Below the pieces are notes generated by a model. The model did not search any database. It saw only the letters and a list, made by a program, of their open reading frames with translations, and had not been told where the DNA came from. From positions 1-39,017 of the IMG/VR virus record IMGVR_UViG_3300044259_000046: a stretch of DNA of 39,017 nucleotides; one strand, given 5' to 3'. The DNA comes from a virus (Duplodnaviria; Caudoviricetes). Of this stretch, positions 1 to 6,772 are shown piece after piece. The translations under genes and the position numbers were made by a program. The stretch's first letter is position 1, and each line of letters starts with the position of its first letter.

Positions 1-127
1 ATGCCAGCTCCATGCGCTTTCCTGCGGCCTGAGCGTCCAGGTCGCGGATGCTGTCGATCAGTTGGGCGATGTGCTGGTCTTGCATCGGATTACTCCTTGA
101 CCACAGCCCGCATACCAACGCGAGAGG
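1..127. repeat. 127-bp terminal direct repeat, left copy (circular assembly overlap)
   Basis: Identical to 38891-39017; falls inside a gene. Confidence 0.95.
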
Positions 128-272
128 TCTTTTCATAACGAGCGAACTGGGCGGCTTGATGGGCGCTCTTGACGCCTGTGGAGACGTCATCGCGCTTGAT
201 CTGGTCGCGGGTTGCAACACGCCCGAAGTGAGGCGGCTGGTTCAGTGGCTTTCGTGGATTCCAGAGGCTCAT
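90..272 (-). CDS. Hypothetical protein, early rightward (cro) operon
   Basis: 60-aa ORF; ATGA overlap with the upstream ORF and in line with the operon. Confidence 0.6.
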   Translation of the reverse strand: MSLWNPRKPLNQPPHFGRVATRDQIKRDDVSTGVKSAHQAAQFARYEKTSRVGMRAVVKE

Positions 273-373
273 CGCTTACCCCCTTCGTTCTCTTTCTTTG
301 CCTTGGCTTGAGCAGCCATGGAAGCGATTCGGGCGGCCTCCATGTCCTTGATGTAGCGTGGGATGTCTTGCAT
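269..373 (-). CDS. Small hypothetical protein (MQDIPRY..., 34 aa)
   Basis: GAGGAAG RBS before the ATG at 373; stop overlaps the next start. Confidence 0.5.
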   Translation of the reverse strand: MQDIPRYIKDMEAARIASMAAQAKAKKENEGGKR

Positions 374-413
374 TTCTTCCTCAGAACTTTTTGAGTTACT
401 CAATCGGTTTTCA

Positions 414-593
414 TCAGTGCGCCAAACGGTGACGCAATGGATTTGGGGAGGCTTTCTGAACACGGCGCGACACCTCCAAAAGCATCTGTTTCAACGCTTC
501 ATCAAAAGAAACACCGCGCTTGATTGCTTCCAATTCGATAGCGCGGTATTCATCATCTGTAAGGCTTTCCAAATCGACGGCGGTGTAATTCAT
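414..593 (-). CDS. Small putative DNA-binding protein (ribbon-helix-helix-like)
   Basis: MNYTAVDL...AIELEAIKRGVSFDEALKQML pattern; second gene after cro. Confidence 0.5.
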   Translation of the reverse strand: MNYTAVDLESLTDDEYRAIELEAIKRGVSFDEALKQMLLEVSRRVQKASPNPLRHRLAH

Positions 594-619
594 TGTTTTG
601 TGCCTTGTAAAAGGTTTGG

Positions 620-850
620 CTACGCGGCCATGAGGTGGCCCCAAGAACCCATGTCAAGCCGGGCAGGTGACAAAGAATTGCGCTCATGTTTTTTCATACG
701 AGCGAACTCCTGCAAAGCCAGCCGATAAGCAACCGCTGGCTCCTCACCGTTGAAGTAGTCAACGATGAAATCCAGATCACCCTTTTCTTCTTCGTTTGCA
801 CGAAGCATTGCGACGGGTTTGCGGGCGAGGGAACGGTTGCGATAGGTCAT
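620..850 (-). CDS. Small regulator in the cII position
   Basis: 76-aa ORF directly downstream of cro; function inferred from position only. Confidence 0.5.
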   Translation of the reverse strand: MTYRNRSLARKPVAMLRANEEEKGDLDFIVDYFNGEEPAVAYRLALQEFARMKKHERNSLSPARLDMGSWGHLMAA

Positions 851-874
851 GGTTTGTTTTGGTTGGTTGGTGGG

Positions 875-1066
875 TTAAGCCGTGGTGGCTTGCTTGGGTT
901 TGCGGGGCTGGCGGAACCACTGAGGCTTCAGTACGCGGAGCTGCCACACGCGAGCCTCAGGCACGTCCTCAGGCCATTGGGAGATAGCGCCAGCGGTGAT
1001 ACCCAAGAGGCGCGCCAGAGCTGCTGCTGTGCCGCCTGCGAGTTGGATTGCTTGTTCCGTTTTCAT
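875..1066 (-). CDS. cro: Cro-like repressor
   Basis: 63-aa HTH (AALARLLGITAGAISQW...VPEAR), divergent from cI. Confidence 0.9.
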   Translation of the reverse strand: MKTEQAIQLAGGTAAALARLLGITAGAISQWPEDVPEARVWQLRVLKPQWFRQPRKPKQATTA

Positions 1067-1137
1067 GGCGCTATTTTAAGCGCACTAAAGTCATGAATGC
1101 AAGCGTGCTAAACACCTTTAGTGGCCTAATTTCTGGC
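1067..1137. promoter_or_regulatory. OR-like switch: three operators and divergent promoters
   Basis: Operators TTAAGCGCACTAAA 1076-1089, GCAAGCGTGCTAAA 1099-1112 and TTTAGTGGCCTAAT 1117-1130. Minus-strand TTGCAT-18nt-TAAAAT lies 6 nt before the cro ATG; plus-strand TAATTT lies 5 nt before the cI ATG. Confidence 0.8.
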
Positions 1138-1797
1138 ATGTCAACTCTTAGTCAACGCATACAAGAAATCGTGGCGGCTGGTCACAGCAAGTCAGCGATA
1201 GCTCGCGCAGCGGGGAAAAGTCCCTCTGCTGTGACTCAATGGATTACGGGCGACACCAAAGAAATAAAGGCGGATTCCGCAGCGGGCATCCAGAACGCGA
1301 CAGGCTTTAGCGCTGTATGGATCGCTACGGGCAGAGGGGCGAAAAGAGTGGCGGTGCAGAACGTGGCACCGTCGCCACCAAGAAGAAGCATCCCTCTGAT
1401 TTCATGGGTACAAGCGGGGAGCTTCAACGAAGTGCAGGACGTTTTTCATCCAGGCGAGGCGGAGCGCTGGGAGGATGCTTATCAATCCAACCCCAGCGAA
1501 AACGCATTTGCACTAGAGGTTACAGGCGACAGCATGGAGTCCAAGATTCCAGGAGAGCGTTCATTTCCACCGGGGACCATCCTGATTGTTGACCCCAACA
1601 AATCAGCCGGGGAAAACGACTATGTGATCGCCAAAGATGTGGTCACCCAGCGTGCCACCTTCAAGCAATTGAAGTACGACGGCGGGCGGTGGTTCCTCAA
1701 ACCCCTCAACCCAGCGTATCCAACGGTGGAGATTGACGACCCAGCCATCCGGGTGATTGGCCGTGTCATTGAGTATCGGATTGGCGGGAAGCTATGA
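1138..1797 (+). CDS. cI: CI-like repressor (HTH + S24 autopeptidase, LexA family)
   Basis: N-terminal HTH, VQAG cleavage site, GDSM catalytic Ser and TFKQL Lys motif; start placed at ATG 1138. Confidence 0.95.
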   Translation: MSTLSQRIQEIVAAGHSKSAIARAAGKSPSAVTQWITGDTKEIKADSAAGIQNATGFSAVWIATGRGAKRVAVQNVAPSPPRRSIPLISWVQAGSFNEVQDVFHPGEAERWEDAYQSNPSENAFALEVTGDSMESKIPGERSFPPGTILIVDPNKSAGENDYVIAKDVVTQRATFKQLKYDGGRWFLKPLNPAYPTVEIDDPAIRVIGRVIEYRIGGKL

Positions 1798-2063
1798 AAA
1801 GCCTGTTGAAGTGGTTGGCAATCGTCGCGGGCTTCATTTTCCTGTGGTCTGCATACGAGGACTACTCTTGGCAGATACGTGTCCTGCCGTGCGCAATTGG
1901 CTATTTACTGTTCTCAATAGCGGATCTATACAAAAAGCTCCAGGCGCAAGAAATGGAGATGCAAGAAATTCGCGGGAAGCTCATGGAGGCGGAAAACCTT
2001 GCCAAGCTGCCGCCACACATCGCATTTGATGACGATTTACCAACCTACGAGGAGAGGAAATGA
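1794..2063 (+). CDS. Membrane protein (2 TM + coiled coil), immunity-region accessory
   Basis: Two hydrophobic segments; ATGA overlap with the cI stop. Confidence 0.75.
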   Translation: MKSLLKWLAIVAGFIFLWSAYEDYSWQIRVLPCAIGYLLFSIADLYKKLQAQEMEMQEIRGKLMEAENLAKLPPHIAFDDDLPTYEERK

Positions 2064-2389
2064 GAAAGGTAGCCTTGCTGGCCGTGCCGCTTTTTGTCGT
2101 TGGCTGCATGAACATGCCAACCCCACCCGCCCAGATCACCGGGGCTTACGTATCACCCACCAAGTACGACGCCACAGACTGCGCGGGCCTGTCTGCTGAA
2201 CTGGGCGCACTATCGCGCCGCGAGAACATTTTGGTGACTGCGCAGACGCAGCGCATCAAAACCAGCGAGACGCAGGCGTTTTGGTATGGCGTCGGCCAAG
2301 GCGATGGCGTGGAAGCCGCTGAGCTGGCAACAGTGCGCGGAGAGCGTGAAGCCGTCAGAACCGCAATGGACAAGAAGGCTTGCAAGTAA
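2060..2389 (+). CDS. Lipoprotein
   Basis: MRKVALLAVPLFVVG-C lipobox; GGAG RBS; two further Cys residues. Confidence 0.85.
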   Translation: MRKVALLAVPLFVVGCMNMPTPPAQITGAYVSPTKYDATDCAGLSAELGALSRRENILVTAQTQRIKTSETQAFWYGVGQGDGVEAAELATVRGEREAVRTAMDKKACK

Positions 2390-2679
2390 TCGCCGCCAGC
2401 TTTGTTGCAGCAGCCCTCCTCCTGCCCTGTCTAGCTGATGCCAGGATTCCCCGCGATCCGGCCCAAGTGCGGGCGTTCCGCAATGAGAACCCCTGCCCTG
2501 CTACTGGCGAGCGCCGGGGAGCCTGTCCGGGTTGGGAAGTGGATCATGTGACGCCGCTTTGTGCAGGAGGCGAAGACAGGCCCAGCAACATGCAATGGAT
2601 CTCAAAAGAGGACCACCGCTTCAAGACGCTGATTGATGTGCGCGAATGCCGCAAAGTCAAACAGCACGGTTCACACTAA
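2380..2679 (+). CDS. HNH endonuclease with apparent Sec signal peptide
   Basis: VDHVTPLCAGGED..SNMQW....H HNH motif; hydrophobic N-terminus ending in ADA; TTG start after AAGAAGG. Confidence 0.8.
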   Translation: MQVIAASFVAAALLLPCLADARIPRDPAQVRAFRNENPCPATGERRGACPGWEVDHVTPLCAGGEDRPSNMQWISKEDHRFKTLIDVRECRKVKQHGSH

Positions 2680-2693
2680 CTGTAGGTGATGGA

Positions 2694-3032
2694 ATGAACA
2701 TAGAAATCGGCGGCGATCCCGCAACGGGCGACATCCACATCATCGCCACCATTCAAGGACAGAAACGAGCCATCCTTTCGCTGCGGCCAAAGGAAGTTAT
2801 GCCATTTCTGCAAAGTCTTGTTTCCACCGTTGCCCAACATCCAGACATTGAGGTGCGCAAGGCGCTGTATCAGCATATACAGCCATCAGACTGGAAAATT
2901 CTGGGCTCCAGTGGCTCAGGCGTGCATCTGAGCTACAAGGCCTCATCCATAGATGGCGGACTTGAAATGCCAGCGGAGATGGTCCGCGCTCTGGCTGCGG
3001 CATTGGATGGCCCGCCAATGTCAGCCCAATAG
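2694..3032 (+). CDS. Hypothetical protein, last gene of the cI operon
   Basis: 112-aa ORF with AGGTG RBS, followed by a terminator. Confidence 0.65.
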   Translation: MNIEIGGDPATGDIHIIATIQGQKRAILSLRPKEVMPFLQSLVSTVAQHPDIEVRKALYQHIQPSDWKILGSSGSGVHLSYKASSIDGGLEMPAEMVRALAAALDGPPMSAQ

Positions 3033-3053
3033 ATTCACTCATCACCACCTCCT

Positions 3054-3077
3054 AGCCCGCACCACGCGGGCTTTTTT
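3054..3077 (+). terminator. Intrinsic terminator of the cI operon
   Basis: AGCCCGC-ACCAC-GCGGGCT followed by a T tract. Confidence 0.9.
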
Positions 3078-3090
3078 GTGCCCGAATGGT

Positions 3091-3172
3091 ACTACGTATG
3101 CACCTACGTAGTTAAGCCCACTGAAATTTTGTTTAGCGCGCTTGCATCTTTTTACTTTAGTGTGCTAAAGTA
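3091..3172 (+). promoter_or_regulatory. OL/PL-like region: three operators and early promoter
   Basis: TTAAGCCCACTGAA 3112-3125, TTTAGCGCGCTTGC 3132-3145 and TTTAGTGTGCTAAA 3156-3169 match the OR sites; TTGCAT (3142) and extended -10 TGcTAAAGT (3163-3171). Confidence 0.85.
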
Positions 3173-3179
3173 CACCCAT

Positions 3180-3425
3180 CGCAGCAGTGATCAACAGCGC
3201 GAAGGGGTAGCAAGCATCGACTGGCCCCGCGCTATCCAGTCTCATGTTTTGTGAGGCGTGGCTCTAGTAAGACGAACGGCACAAGATTGTCGGAACGGGT
3301 GCGGTAACTCAAGCCCGGTCATGTTCACGAAACATGAGCCCGCAACCTGTCGGGCAGCAATACAGGAGCCTTTCGCAAGAGAGGCAAAACCAGAACCCAT
3401 TCGCTGAGTGGGCTGTGGTTTGAAG
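3180..3425 (+). ncRNA. Structured 5' leader of the early operon
   Basis: About 250 nt without a credible ORF; successive hairpins at 3196-3233, 3239-3257, 3319-3337, 3346-3366, 3368-3385 (GCAA loop) and 3387-3421. Confidence 0.5.
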
Positions 3426-3432
3426 GAGGCAT

Positions 3433-3681
3433 ATGAACGATACGTTTTCTGCCCGTATGAGTTTGAGTCTTCGCTATGACGCGGAGATTGGGCTGAGGTT
3501 TGACCAAATAGGAGATGACATGACATTGCGCGATCAAGGTTTCCGCTTCATCAAACGCGGCAACGAATTCAAGTGGCAACACCCTGGGGATTTGCGGGCG
3601 TCAGATGTGGATTGCACGGACATGGGCGATGACGAGTTCGCAGCTTATGTTGCCGCTCAAACAGGCGGTGGTGCGGCATGA
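3433..3681 (+). CDS. Hypothetical protein (possible second start at 3520)
   Basis: GAAGGAGG RBS; internal GGAG-ATG in frame. Confidence 0.7.
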   Translation: MNDTFSARMSLSLRYDAEIGLRFDQIGDDMTLRDQGFRFIKRGNEFKWQHPGDLRASDVDCTDMGDDEFAAYVAAQTGGGAA

Positions 3682-4163
3682 CAAAACCACAGCACACACC
3701 AGCGCCATGGAAAGTGTTACTCCCTGATGAAGGGCTTGAGAAGTACCAACTCCGCGTGCACAGCATTCTGCATGGCGCACGGTCTGGGGTGGCATCTGTC
3801 CTGCATCCGCAAGGTGACGGCACGGAAGATGCGTTTCTCGAAACGCGAGCAAACGCCGCATTGATAGCGGCAGCGCCGTACTTGCTTGACGCTCTGCAAT
3901 TCGTCATGACCGCTACTGGAGAGCAACTGACTACAGCGTTTGAGCAAGCCCAAGACGCTATTGATCTAGCACTTGGCGAAGAAGACGCATGGGAGTGCAG
4001 TTCCTGTGGTGGGCAGGGCAAATACACGCGCTATCACAAGGTCACACACCAACTCGGATCGGATGAACTGCCGTTTTGGGACGAGTGCGAAACCTGCGGC
4101 GGTCTTGGCTCTTGTGGGCCAGATGCAGAACGCCGCGCATCAAGAAAGCGAGCAAGGCAATGA
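3678..4163 (+). CDS. Hypothetical protein with C-terminal CxxCxGxG zinc finger
   Basis: HTPAPW...ANAALIAAAP phage domain plus CSSCGGQG and CETCGGLG motifs. Confidence 0.75.
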   Translation: MTKPQHTPAPWKVLLPDEGLEKYQLRVHSILHGARSGVASVLHPQGDGTEDAFLETRANAALIAAAPYLLDALQFVMTATGEQLTTAFEQAQDAIDLALGEEDAWECSSCGGQGKYTRYHKVTHQLGSDELPFWDECETCGGLGSCGPDAERRASRKRARQ

Positions 4164-4465
4164 ATCAACCAGGTGAGGGCCGTATTTATTGGGAGCGGCT
4201 CTGCGCGCTGCAGCCATACAGCTTCGTCCTCTTTGGCGACCCGCCAGGTGTGGTGCGGGCGCCGGACAGCGCAGGAAACTGGCTTGAGCGGCACAAGGTG
4301 CAAGAAATCGTTGATGCCGCTCAGGTGGAGATTGACGATCTGCGGAGAAGGCTAGCCGACGAGCGAAAGCAAGTTACGCAAGAGTGCATCGACCTCGTGT
4401 ACATGCATGGCGGCAGCGTAGAGACCGAAGCGGCCCTACGTGCCATAGGAGGGCTGAATGAGTAG
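4160..4465 (+). CDS. Hypothetical protein
   Basis: ATGA coupling to the previous ORF. Confidence 0.65.
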   Translation: MNQPGEGRIYWERLCALQPYSFVLFGDPPGVVRAPDSAGNWLERHKVQEIVDAAQVEIDDLRRRLADERKQVTQECIDLVYMHGGSVETEAALRAIGGLNE

Positions 4466-4859
4466 CGAATTGACTGACGCAGCGCTGAGCGGTTACCCGC
4501 CGCCTTTGCCAGACTTAGGACAGGGTGTGGCATCACACCCCAAGCTCGGGCATCTCTATGACAAGCTGCAAGTAGATCAGCGCATGGTCAGCTATGCGTA
4601 TGACTTCTTGGCGGCTTTTATGAACGTTCGCGGCGAGTATCTGACCAACGATGCCAGCAGAGAGGCGGCGATACGTGATGCGCTTCGCGTAGCAAATGCA
4701 CGATGGTTTGCGCTTGCGATGAACGCAGCCTCATACCTTGAGGACGCTGCGAATTGTCTGCGCGATGCAGAAGCGAGGGGGGCTGCCCTTGGCGCGGCGG
4801 AGCATGTTCGCAAGCGCTGTCATGAACTATTGGATGGCAAGGAGGTATGGGGTGAATAG
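4458..4859 (+). CDS. Hypothetical protein
   Basis: 133 aa, GGAGG RBS, overlaps neighbours. Confidence 0.7.
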   Translation: MSSELTDAALSGYPPPLPDLGQGVASHPKLGHLYDKLQVDQRMVSYAYDFLAAFMNVRGEYLTNDASREAAIRDALRVANARWFALAMNAASYLEDAANCLRDAEARGAALGAAEHVRKRCHELLDGKEVWGE

Positions 4860-5016
4860 CTTCGCAGACAAATTGATTGGGCTATCCATTGGCATCTTGA
4901 TTGGGCTGGGAATTACCTTGGCGCACGAAGACATTGGCCGCAGCAAGTGCGAAAAAGATTTGCCTAGGACGCAGCAATGCGTGCAGGTGTGGATGCCGAA
5001 AAGCACAAGCCAGTAA
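4852..5016 (+). CDS. Small single-TM protein with CEKDLPRTQQC motif
   Basis: GTG start after AGGAGG; hydrophobic N-terminus. Confidence 0.6.
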   Translation: MNSFADKLIGLSIGILIGLGITLAHEDIGRSKCEKDLPRTQQCVQVWMPKSTSQ

Positions 5017-5041
5017 CCACCGTCCCGGCCAAGCGCCGGGG

Positions 5042-5158
5042 CCATCATTGAAGCGGACAAAGGAAAGACGCAAGTCGAATGGTTTGCTAGGAGGACTGCA
5101 CGCGCAATGCGGTTCAGCGCAATGCCTGCCCGGGCTGCCCGGCCCGCTTCAATGATGG
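5042..5158 (+). ncRNA. Structured RNA element A
   Basis: 15-bp perfect closing stem CCATCATTGAAGCGG (5042-5056)/CCGCTTCAATGATGG (5144-5158) enclosing smaller hairpins. Confidence 0.55.
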
Positions 5159-5255
5159 TGAATGCCCAGTGGTGATGGGCTGGGGAAATCGAGAGCCAGA
5201 GCTACCGGCGCGACGCCGCAAGAGTTCAAGCCGGGATCACCTCCGGCCACCATCA
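5153..5255 (+). ncRNA. tRNA-shaped RNA element B with complementary loops
   Basis: Outer stem TGATGGTG/CACCATCA; D-like arm GCCCA-GTGGTGA-TGGGC; T-like arm GCCGG-GATCACCT-CCGGC abutting the 3' stem. Confidence 0.65.
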
Positions 5256-5287
5256 ATTTACCCACCCTTATCCAGTAACGGATAAGT

Positions 5288-5452
5288 CTGAGTGTTCAAG
5301 TGGGCTGCGGCGTGGAAGGACACGCAAAAGGCGAGCGGCACCCATACCGGGCAACCGGGTACAGCGTGGCGGACACGGCTCAGGCACTGATCAAGCTCGC
5401 GCACTCTTCCGATAGCTGGAATCAAGCCCAGCCAGCCCACTTGAACACTTAG
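5288..5452 (+). ncRNA. tRNA-shaped RNA element C
   Basis: 20-bp outer stem (one G-U); arm GCGTG-GAAGGA-CACGC; central GCGAGC/GCTCGC domain; arm GCTGG-AATCAAGC-CCAGC abutting the 3' stem. Confidence 0.65.
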
Positions 5453-5458
5453 TTTTCC

Positions 5459-5527
5459 ACCGCCCGCAAGCAGCGCAACTACCCTCCTCTCTCACTTTGC
5501 TTGCGTGCCTTCGGGCAGGCGGTTTTT
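5459..5527 (+). terminator. Branched terminator-like structure with pyrimidine-rich loop
   Basis: ACCGCC/GGCGGT plus T tract, enclosing a CGCAAGCA/TGCTTGCG stem and a UUCG hairpin. Confidence 0.5.
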
Positions 5528-5537
5528 CTTCACCTAC

Positions 5538-5560
5538 GGCCCTCCATGTGAGGGTCTTTT
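5538..5560 (+). terminator. Intrinsic terminator-like hairpin
   Basis: GGCCCTC-CATGT-GAGGGTC-TTTT; near-identical to the hairpin at 8880-8905. Confidence 0.65.
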
Positions 5561-5577
5561 CATTTCTGGAGGTTGCT

Positions 5578-5826
5578 ATGAATACCCACCTGCACGACAC
5601 CTTCGCACGCATCTTTGCGACAAACCCCGCAGTTCCACGCCAGTCCATCAACGATGACGACATCTATGTGATTGATGTGAGCGAGCGTCGGATTGTTCGT
5701 GAGTACGGCTCCAGCAGCGCGACAGCACGCGATGCGCGCACGTTTGGCATCACGGTGAAACCCGGACAGGCTGCACTCAAGGGCCTCCAGCTCAAGGGTT
5801 CTGGATTGATTGACTTGGAGGTTTGA
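5578..5826 (+). CDS. Hypothetical protein
   Basis: GGAGG RBS, 82 aa. Confidence 0.7.
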   Translation: MNTHLHDTFARIFATNPAVPRQSINDDDIYVIDVSERRIVREYGSSSATARDARTFGITVKPGQAALKGLQLKGSGLIDLEV

Positions 5827-5829
5827 GCA

Positions 5830-6237
5830 ATGGCTACACCACACCCCCACGCAGAGAGCATGCGTCTGTACGCGGAAGACGCTGCAGAGACAGACACCCC
5901 TTGGCGACAGTGGGAATTTCGGCGGATGCACTGCATCGACTGGGCACCTTGTACCGCTCACCCTGCTTGGAAAAAAGACTGCGGCTACCGCCGCAAACCT
6001 CGCACGATCACGGTAAACGGCATTGAGGTGCCTGAGCCTGAGAGGAAGCCGTTGCAACGCGGTGAGATGTATTACACGGCTGATCCAAGTCGAATTGATA
6101 TGTATGACTGGTACGAATGGGGTGAAACAGAACGTGACATTGCACGTCTTGCACGAGGGATCGTTCACCGCACTCAAGCTAATGCAGCCACCCACGGTGA
6201 AGCAATGATCGCACCAAGCAAACGGGAGTCTACATGA
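5830..6237 (+). CDS. Hypothetical phage protein
   Basis: HPHAESM..YA.DA...PW...YRRKPRTITVNGIEVPEP is a recurring phage early-gene pattern; GGAGG RBS. Confidence 0.8.
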   Translation: MATPHPHAESMRLYAEDAAETDTPWRQWEFRRMHCIDWAPCTAHPAWKKDCGYRRKPRTITVNGIEVPEPERKPLQRGEMYYTADPSRIDMYDWYEWGETERDIARLARGIVHRTQANAATHGEAMIAPSKREST

Positions 6238-6473
6238 TGCCCCCACTCGAAAACATCAAGTTCTGGGCAGGCGCTGGCCTCCTTGCTCTTGTCATGAGCA
6301 GCAGCCACTTGCTTGACGGCCCGAGCGACTTTGAAGCAGCTCAGGCCACCGAGGCCAGCCTAAATGACGCACTCGCGGCGGCACAGGCAGAGCGTCCCGA
6401 GCTGTGGACAGCAGAGCAGAAACAACGTGCGCGGATTGCTGCGCAGATCGTAGCCAAGGGGGAAGTGCAATGA
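6234..6473 (+). CDS. Small membrane-anchored hypothetical protein
   Basis: N-terminal hydrophobic stretch followed by LDGPSD; coupled start. Confidence 0.7.
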   Translation: MMPPLENIKFWAGAGLLALVMSSSHLLDGPSDFEAAQATEASLNDALAAAQAERPELWTAEQKQRARIAAQIVAKGEVQ

Positions 6474-6772
6474 GCGAAATGACAAAGGAGCGGCTGCGTT
6501 GGCTGGCTGAGTCAGCGGTACTTGGCATCTTGACTCGCACAACGGTATTAGTGACACGCGATGCCAACTGCGAGCGCGAAGGGTTCCCTCTTCCGATCAA
6601 GCGCAACAAGATGCCAAACCCAGACGGCACGATCACTCAGGAATACCGCCCCATGGCGATCCTTGAATACGTAGATGACGTACTGAGTGGCGAGCTAGCC
6701 GCCCGCAAAGCGCGTGACCGCAAGGCCGAAAAAGACAGCGCAGCAGCGCAGATCGTAGCGAGGCAAGAATGA
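6470..6772 (+). CDS. Hypothetical protein
   Basis: ATGA-coupled at both ends. Confidence 0.7.
   Translation: MSEMTKERLRWLAESAVLGILTRTTVLVTRDANCEREGFPLPIKRNKMPNPDGTITQEYRPMAILEYVDDVLSGELAARKARDRKAEKDSAAAQIVARQE

Noticed and set aside
1-127. Terminal direct repeat as a biological genome end
   Set aside because: The length equals a common assembler k-mer (127), it cuts through a gene, and it is far from the terminase region; best explained as a circular assembly overlap.
3180-3425. Self-cleaving ribozyme in the early leader
   Set aside because: No hammerhead CTGATGA core or other ribozyme consensus could be matched by eye.
5153-5452. Canonical tRNA genes
   Set aside because: No TTCRA T loop and no 7-nt anticodon loop; reported as tRNA-shaped ncRNA candidates instead.
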